The notes under the pieces were generated by a model. It was given only the letters and a program-made list of their open reading frames with translations, had not been told where the DNA came from and did not search any database. A DNA stretch of 59,055 nt, counting the filler, from Basidiobolus ranarum (lineage: Eukaryota), in the NCBI GenBank assembly GCA_040143965.1. It is 3 parts of 3 records of this genome, joined end to end, with 100 filler letters (N's around TTAATTAATTAA, not from the genome) between each part and the next. Parts side by side here need not be neighbours in the genome. Positions count along the whole stretch, not along the records: positions 39,491 to 59,055 come from JASJQH010007122.1; 2 more parts are not named here. The stretch is one strand, 5' to 3'. The position numbers were made by a program, and so were the translations under genes. Shown here one piece after another: positions 51,818 through 59,055 of this stretch. How positions within the stretch are numbered: position 1 is the stretch's first letter; each line of letters begins with the position of its first letter.

Positions 51818-54210
51818 TTAATTCTCATACGGAATCTCCATTCCAATGTGGTGACGGTATAAGTAGGTTTGGATCAACCATTTCAGGTTTGGTAGGGTAT
51901 TTCTCAGGTCCAACACTGTAAGTCTTTCTGCATATAGAAGCTAAATAACAAAGTAATTTGGTTAAATTTACTGCGCTCTTAGACACGGAGGTACCATATC
52001 TTACCTGTTCGATGTTTTTATTTAAAAGAAAAACCCCGTATTCAAACCTGGACCGATCCTCACCTTTAGAGTATAATGGGAATCTAAACAAAATAAATGA
52101 ATGATCAGCATTTCATCGCTTCAACAGGTGATTCAACCATGCATACTCATAAGAGCCTTGTAGTCTAGAAACTGGGTCAAAAATGGTGGCTCTAGAAGAT
52201 TTGCTTTTTATAGGATAGCGTAAGGGAACATCCATATACCCTGCCATCAATGTGACTACATGTGCGGTATATCCCAGAGCAGTTGCAATCATTTCCTCAT
52301 CGTTACCTATGCATGGTCTTAGACGTCTATCAGTTGAAATGATATAACAATGTAAGCCTTACCAGTAAAGACCGAATTGGGCAAAGTGACTCCAAGAATT
52401 TGGTACATAGAAGGATCAATAGGCGACTGTGAAGAAAAAATTAATATGGCGTGTATAAGTTTGAGCAAGAACAGCGAACCCATATACCGGCTCTATTGGG
52501 TAAATGTTCTGAAGTTCGTATATCATTTCACATTTTCGTTGAATAGTGAGTTGTTTGGTGTTTTCTAATAAAGCCCTAAATGATGCAGAGTCATCAAAAA
52601 ATGCAAGTGGCAACAAAATAGAAGTAAAAATGAAGTACTTATTTTGAGTTAGGTTCTTTCGACTTTCAGTCAAGTAAAGTTTTCCTGTTGAGCATCGCAA
52701 GTTCGCTTCCTCAAAATCCATCTGTCGCTGTTTGTTCTTATCTCGAAAACTATCGACAAAACGACGACCTGAGGCAAAAGATGGATTAATTTTCCAAGCC
52801 ATGTTTACGACTCTGGTAAATATTTCGTACAACTCTCTAACTGGATCTGTTTGTTTTTTATCTGCTCCTGAGTACACTGTAGCTTCGCTTTAGCTTTGGA
52901 AGACTGACGTTTCTGTTGGAGAGAATTTTAATACTTCTACTAACGATTAGCTTGAAAAAGATGTGTCCGTACTAATGTCAGTTTCATATCCTTTTTCGAC
53001 AATAAATTGTCTGCATCGCGAGCCACTGAGACCAGGGATTTTTTGTGATCCAGAAGTGTATTTTGGAGACTTACCAACCTATGCAGATATTTGTTACGGC
53101 GTGATACTAATTTCCAAAGAATAACACTCAAGGATACCTCATGATTGCTTCGCCGTCATACGATTTCTTTTCCTAAGTTGCCATTGAGAGGTATCAAGTT
53201 TTTAGCTGTTACTTGAAGAATAAGCTCTAAATAAACCGAACCTTATCAAGCGATATAGATAAAGACATAGGGTGACTTCCATTCAATTTCTCTTCCTATA
53301 CAGTAATCCCAAATCAAACAGAATTTAGTGTTCTATCGAACATTGTGAGGGGTTAATCGCATATATACCCTGGACATTTCTCGAGAGGTATAGAAGCCAT
53401 CGGAGAATTCAAAAAGTATTGTATTAGGCCGAAGTGGGATAGGATAATCGTATAGCTTCGTCTTGATTAGAAATTTACAACAAAGGGAAATACATCGTCT
53501 CTACATATTCATCTACCTTTGAGCTGATGAAATGTAAACATCTCAAATCCACTGTCCACTGTATCAACAATTTCAAAGATCCTTCATCTTCGTTCCATAT
53601 CTTGACGACAAGAAGTAAATATACAGTCAAGGAAAATGTTTAAGACTCATTACGCAACTTTGAAGACTATTTGACCATATTTCACAATTATGCAATAAAA
53701 AGGATATGAAAACTTTTACTGTCAACCCAGGAAGGCAAGTTGGAGGAATCGAGTGGTCCAAATGATGGATTCTAGATTGGAGCAAGTAAAATAAGTGACT
53801 AATTCTACTGTAATTCGTAGTAAAGCTTCAAATCCTACCAAAGAGTCGGGACAAACTTCACTCATATAGAAGGGAGGGTCTATGCATAAGATGACATTAG
53901 ATTTACTAAACATTGTCCAAAAATGAAGATATGAAAAGATTTATCTTGTACCATTTTCGTTTTCATGTAAAGTAAGAAAAGTGTTCAGTAGCTGAAAGCA
54001 GTCCTCGTCAAGATTGTGACTTTCTAGGTTGACTTCTACCGTTTCAGTATGTGTACAAGTCTCCATTGAGGTTTCGGGTTGTAAATTATTATCATCTTGT
54101 ATACCGTACGAGCTCGAATGGGGGATATATTCACTGTTGAAGGATATATTCCGGACTGCTATACTTCTAAGATTGCGTATCCGCTTTTTCAAGTCCAGCG
54201 TATTAGTCAT
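51818..54210 (-). CDS. UVRAG: UVRAG/Vps38-like PI3K complex II subunit (about 14 exons)
   Basis: RIRNLRSIAVRNI; PFYMSEV..SLNPSF; LVVKIW..LLIQWTVDL; PNTILFEFSDGFY; LQNIYPIEP; GVTLPNS; ATALGYTAH; VPLRYP; FPLYSKG..RFEYGVFLLNKNIEQLL; DLRNTLPNL. Confidence 0.92.
53079..53137 (-). other. Probable U12-type GT-AG intron in UVRAG
   Basis: 5'SS GTATCCTTG; branch-like GCCGTAAC 14 nt before the 3' end. Joins KSYDGEAIM-R-LVSLQ in phase 2. Confidence 0.7.
53615..53707 (-). other. U12-type AT-AC intron in UVRAG
   Basis: 5'SS ATATCCTTT; branch TTTCCTTGAC; 3'SS TTTAC 11 nt after the branch motif. Joins WVDSKSF-L-LVVKIW in phase 1. Confidence 0.93.
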
Positions 54211-55009
54211 GATCGTTCACGAATTAAGCTTGACTTCGAAGTCTTTGTAGAATGTATTCGTTGGTCATGAATTAAATTGGTTAAAGCTACTAAAATTCAT
54301 AAATAGAGTGATGGAGATTCGAGCCAATCAATGGAAGCTATGTAAACTGAAGATCTGCATCCAGTACAAAGGCTAATTTTCATCATCAGTTTAGGATTAA
54401 ATTCTTTACCTACTTCACTCAGTATGGTTGAGTAAATGGAGACAATTAAAGTTCGATACAACAGTTTTGAAAAGATAAGATACATACAAAGTAGCCAAAG
54501 GAGTTATACGTGGTAGCAGAGTTCTTTATATGCTACGAACTCGATGCAAAACCAGAGATAGTTGTGCTGCATACTTCGAACTGGCGTTTTACATGTCTAC
54601 TGTGTAGATCAGACATATTAATGAAAATATCTGTTAATGGTGCAATCTACTGAACTTTGAATGACTTGTTACCATGATGCTTAAGCAGTTATTGATTTGG
54701 TAACACTATAACGAAAACACTCTCAACATGGATATAGGCTTACATTCAAGTAGAAGAGTCTATTGTACTTTCCTTTTGTTCATTGAAGTATTCTCGTGGT
54801 TTATTTTGTACCAGAGAGGTCCCGTTTTCCATTATCACCAAAGAATAAACTCAACTTTAACTTGAGATATATTACGTACAGCTTCTTCACTTCTCTGTAG
54901 GTGAGTTGTGTAGTTTTTACGTTCAGTATTTGGTGCTCAGAATACTCTAAACATGCTTATTTGATGTTCATATGAAAGAAAGTCAAAGTATATACCATAA
55001 TTCGAGTAC

Positions 55010-55830
55010 CGAAAGAGATTTCTGCAAGGCACATGATACAGCTAAAGCGCGATCCTATCCTTTGATCTCCTGAAGATACTACGATCCAGGAGCAAAGGTG
55101 AGAATTTAGCCACAAGGTTGATAGGTTTTTCAAATAGATAATTCGCTTATGTCTGGTAAATATAAATGTCGTACACAGCTATATTCTTTGTCATAACATG
55201 ACTGTAATGAGAACTAGTCGAATGAATCCTATACATCTTTGTACCTTCCTGCAAAATAGAAGCCTTGCTCTTTAGCAGCCAGATGAGAATCTGGGCATAT
55301 CCACTAGAATGTAATCTATCCACCGGTTATCCATGAGTATACATACGTCCTCCCAAACTGTATCCGGGAAGTATTCTGAATTATTGTAGATCGTTCTTGA
55401 AGCAAATGTTGATCCAAATATTACCAGATACTCCAAAGCTGCTTCTTGCACCGTGAAGTCGCTTTTCACGGCCAGTTTGATGAGTACATCGGTTGCTGCG
55501 ATTATCTCCATATAGAAAGTGATGTAGGGGAAGTATCAGAATGCTACGGCATGTCAAATGGTCAGTAACGGCTTATCAAACCTACTCTACATATCATCAA
55601 TACGAGTAGCTTCTTCTGTATCACTCTAACTGATGCAAGACATAGAAGCAAATTGGCTTGTTAGACAAGGGGGTATATGCATATCTAAGGCTTGCGATGT
55701 ACCATTTGTAAGCCGAGAGCCAAAATTGGGTTTGGTTTTCATGAGGATTTATTCCACCACTCCATTAATGCTAGCAACTTGATGAGGATTGTGCTGAATG
55801 TGGTCTTGGTTGGACTTCTTTTGATACAAG
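55010..55830 (-). pseudogene. Possible degraded spliced gene (helical/ARM-like fragments)
   Basis: Exon-like blocks with GT/AG borders (AATDVLIKLAVKSDFTVQEAALEYL...VWED|WICPDSHLAAKEQGFYFAGRYKD), with an apparent frameshift near 55500 and a stop near 55750. Confidence 0.3.
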
Positions 55831-56311
55831 CTAAAATCCAATGGCTCAACCTCAATGGTATTTCGTATTCTGTCAGTCCATATTATATTAACACTGTTTA
55901 GATCTGAGTTGCTAGGAGGGGAGTAAGGCTCCTACTCTATCTTAGAGGGTTGTAGAGTTTTACTGTGGTATATTTGGATTAAAATACTCATTCTCTCGAA
56001 TACTATCCTCTCAAATTGATACTTACAAATATAAAATAAGACAAGCTCGGTCGTTGACCGAAAATAAAGATATCCGTTGTTGTAAAACATTTTTGCAGAT
56101 GAACTTGGTTGTATACAAATACAAAGAACGAAGATTAAAGGATTATATACAGATTCATTTTCAAGAAATGAAGACAATCCTACTACTATCATATACCCAT
56201 TGAATAGTGGGTTATTGATATAAAGTAAATTAGTGATTTGAAAGTTAAATGCCAGACTCTCCAGGTTGGTAGCTTTGAATATGGTTTACTTCAGTGGAGG
56301 ACGTTACATGT

Positions 56312-57201
56312 TCATCCGGTTCGTCGCAAAATTGCAATGAGCCCATCACATGAACCTGAGACAATTGTAGATACTCCAACTGATCCAAATTCTGGAGACA
56401 AGAAACGAAATTTAACCTGCCCTATATGCGCTGTAGATTTTACGCGATCAAATTCATCAATAACAATATCTAAATCATGTGGGTGTACATATGAAATAAA
56501 GGGAGTTCCAGTGCACTTGATAGGGTTTAGCCCCAATATAAATGAGGCTGGAACTGAACAATACATGATGGTTATTTTGCGTGTAAAACGATTCAGTACC
56601 ATACATACTCGTGGTTCTAGTTGAATAGGAGCGGAAGGCAGTTGTGACCTGTGGACTTTTAATAATTCTGGTCCTTGCACCTACATTTGCGAAGTCAGCG
56701 ACGAGTGAGAAAGTAAAAACATGAAACTCTGTTCTCTTACCTTATGTATGCAGTTTGGGTTTTTATCAACGTATACTATATTATCTGCTGCTGCAACTCG
56801 ACCTGTAATGAAATCCAATGTAACTATAACTTTCTTGTCTATTGTATTCTTATCCTTAAGACGAAATCCTTACCTTTTGTGCTTGGACTGGTAAGCTCTG
56901 CCTCCATAATGACGGAGGTTATCATGTTGTAGCAGCAGCTAGCTACACACTCCGCGGGTATAGCTTTGTCATCTTTCGTACGCAAGTTTAGGTATATAAG
57001 CGTCGTTAAAGAATCGATAACATCTTGATATGCTATAAATGTATTTGTGCCGGAAAGTTCTTCCTCTGGTATTATACAGAGACCACTCTTCCCAATGAGT
57101 TCATCAGGAGTATAGCCAAGAACATCAATCACGCTGTCAGAAGCATAAAGTATTATTCGCTGTGGCGTCAAGTCAAATATCATAATAAAACTTTTTTCCA
57201 T
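56312..57201 (-). CDS. Stand-alone tandem PAS-PAS protein (exons 57201-56874, 56802-56741, 56680-56312)
   Basis: PAS1 ILYASDSVIDVLGYTPDELIGKS; PAS2 EPRVCMVLNRFTRKITIMYCS...FISYVHPHDL...SCDGLIAILRR*. Confidence 0.85.
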
Positions 57202-58288
57202 TGGAGTAGAGTGCCTATCACGAACAACAAATTCTTACAAGAAGTTGAGTAATGAAAGAGGGGTTGCTAGTTATTTAAAAAAGCTGGAGATGATGAAGAT
57301 TCGACCACAATTCAAGATTGAAATGATTCATGGCCCAACTCTTGGTTAAGCCCGTCGCCGACACAATGAATACTGAAGTTAGATCGTGTGAGATAAATTT
57401 CTTACGTAATTCAGTTTCTCCCTTCATAGGACGGGTTTTCAGGCACTGAAGTTGATTAGTAATGTACTTGTGTTGGATTTTAAATGCGAGGTTGGTTCAT
57501 TTTGGAACCCTGGGATGTATTCACAACATGAACCGATATCATATTAAATATAAGCAAGTTGGACAGGCAAGAAATTCATTCATATCTCACTCTACAGGTG
57601 GTTTATGTCATTGAAATGAAATCTGCCACCTAGAGTCAGCAATCGAAATTACCCGAACTCCTAACTCATCTATAAATAGTCTCACATGAATGGTGGAGTC
57701 ATCCTTAACAACCTGTTTAATGATTAATATTCTAGGGGTGTTTGCAGTGTATATTTATATTAATCCAGCTTATTTGTCTATACATAGATCAATCCTCTTT
57801 TCTACCGCATGTTCGTTAGATTGCTCCAGGCCCTGGTCACAATGTTCAAGGCCTGGGAAACAGATACTTGCCCAAATGGTTTGTACTCCGTATAAGACGA
57901 GTCATTCAAGACCTGAACGTGATGGTTCCTTTACAGGCATTGTCCATAAAGTATTGTAAAATTGCCAATGCACATCTACAGAGTAACTACTCCGAGGCAT
58001 GGCTTTTATACAAAGTGAAAGGTGGTTTATAATACGAGTCAATGTCCATTTTGGAATCTAACTTTATACATATTTACGCCTGTTAAGTAGTAACGAGTTA
58101 GTTTATGGAAAGCCTGTTTTTCTATAATGGAAGGAGTGAGGAGTTATATTGTTATACAACGTGCGGGATGAGATTGAGGATGTTAAATATGGATAGCAGC
58201 TAAGGGAAGGAGCAAACGGTATGCTTTTATATTAGTAAGCCACATTATACAAGCTGTGACAATAGGAGATCGTTGTGGTATGGAAACT

Positions 58289-59055
58289 CTAAATGATTTT
58301 CTGACTTCGAAAATATAACCCACTGAGGACAAAGTAAACAAGCATGAATCCAACGATGGAAAGAAACCAAATAAGATTAGGCTCTTCACCTCCAGGTACC
58401 CGAACATTCATCCCCCATAAACCAGTAATTAGATTCAGTGGAACGATCATGGTGGCAATTACACTAAGTTTGGTCACGACTTGGTTCAGCTTATTACTTG
58501 TTTGAGTAATTTCAATGGATATCTGTGCCAGATGGTTGGCATGTGCACGAGAGAGAATCTTTTCAAAATGAGCAGCGCTCTGAATTGTAGTGAGAATGTG
58601 ATCTGGACTACAGCTGTTAGAGAAGGGCTAAGAATGAATGATTCGTAATCTCTATATACCTTGAATATCACCCAGATACAAAGAGATTTCAAGTCCATTC
58701 GTTCCCATTTTCAATGTCTCAATTCGTTTTTGGACTGATCGTATCACATATGCTTTAGGTTTCAATACACGTAGAAAACCAGAGATAACCTTTCGAGCAG
58801 AGCCGATCTGACGTAGAAGGTCGGTTTCATCAGACTCCCGGTGATCGAACACCAACTCATCCATAGAGTCAGCCTCGGCCTCTAGTCTCTTACCCAGTAG
58901 AATAAAATCATCTACCACAGCATCCATGATAGCGTAGTTGATCCAATCTACAGCGTCACAAGAGGTTAGAGAACAGCACGAAGAGATAAACTCAAGTAGA
59001 ATAGTACCTGGAGTAAACTCGACATGTCCTTTCATTTCATTAAAGCGACGTATCA
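58289..59055 (-). CDS. CorA-family Mg2+ transporter (Alr1/Mnr2-like), 5'-truncated
   Basis: DWINYAIMDAVVDDF; LLRQIGSARK; LYLGDIQDH; EKILSRAHANHLAQ; signature PLNLITGLWGMNVRVPG followed by a second TM helix. Confidence 0.92.

Noticed and set aside
54140-54150. ATATCCTTC as another U12 donor in UVRAG
   Set aside because: It lies inside the open exon-1 frame (NISFN), and exon 1 has a normal GT donor at about 53951.
57826-57856. GC-rich hairpin CCAGGCC...GGCCTGG as a Helitron 3' end
   Set aside because: No correctly spaced CTRR|T terminus and no Rep/helicase remnants.

Overview
This is intron-rich eukaryotic nuclear DNA from an early-diverging (zygomycete-grade) fungus. A Basidiobolus-like lineage is plausible but is an inference. 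The window is not one locus. It is three contigs (1-19674, 19775-39390, 39491-59055) joined by artificial 100-nt N spacers containing the six-frame stop linker TTAATTAATTAA, so gene neighbourhoods across the gaps mean nothing. I reconstructed about 21 protein genes by hand. Contig 1: vma1, LSM14/SCD6, SPT16, a Puf4-type Pumilio and a CaMK. Contig 2: carnitine acetyltransferase, a Fus1-like TM-SH3 protein, a half-LIM protein, VPS37, GPALPP1, RPN3 and partial TBCE. Contig 3: the WDR91 3' end, a GBBH-like protein, a WW protein, a Pcl cyclin, a hotdog thioesterase, UVRAG, a PAS-PAS protein and the CorA/ALR 3' part. The best signals are invisible in the ORF track. There are three minor-spliceosome (U12-type) introns, including a textbook AT-AC intron in UVRAG. 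There is also a mitochondrial cox1 fragment at a contig end, 8- and 11-nt micro-exons in the CaMK, and a GBBH-like dioxygenase that appears to have lost its Fe(II) ligands but kept its Zn site. I found no tRNA, rRNA, CRISPR array or intact transposon. All family calls are from motif recognition; no database search was run.
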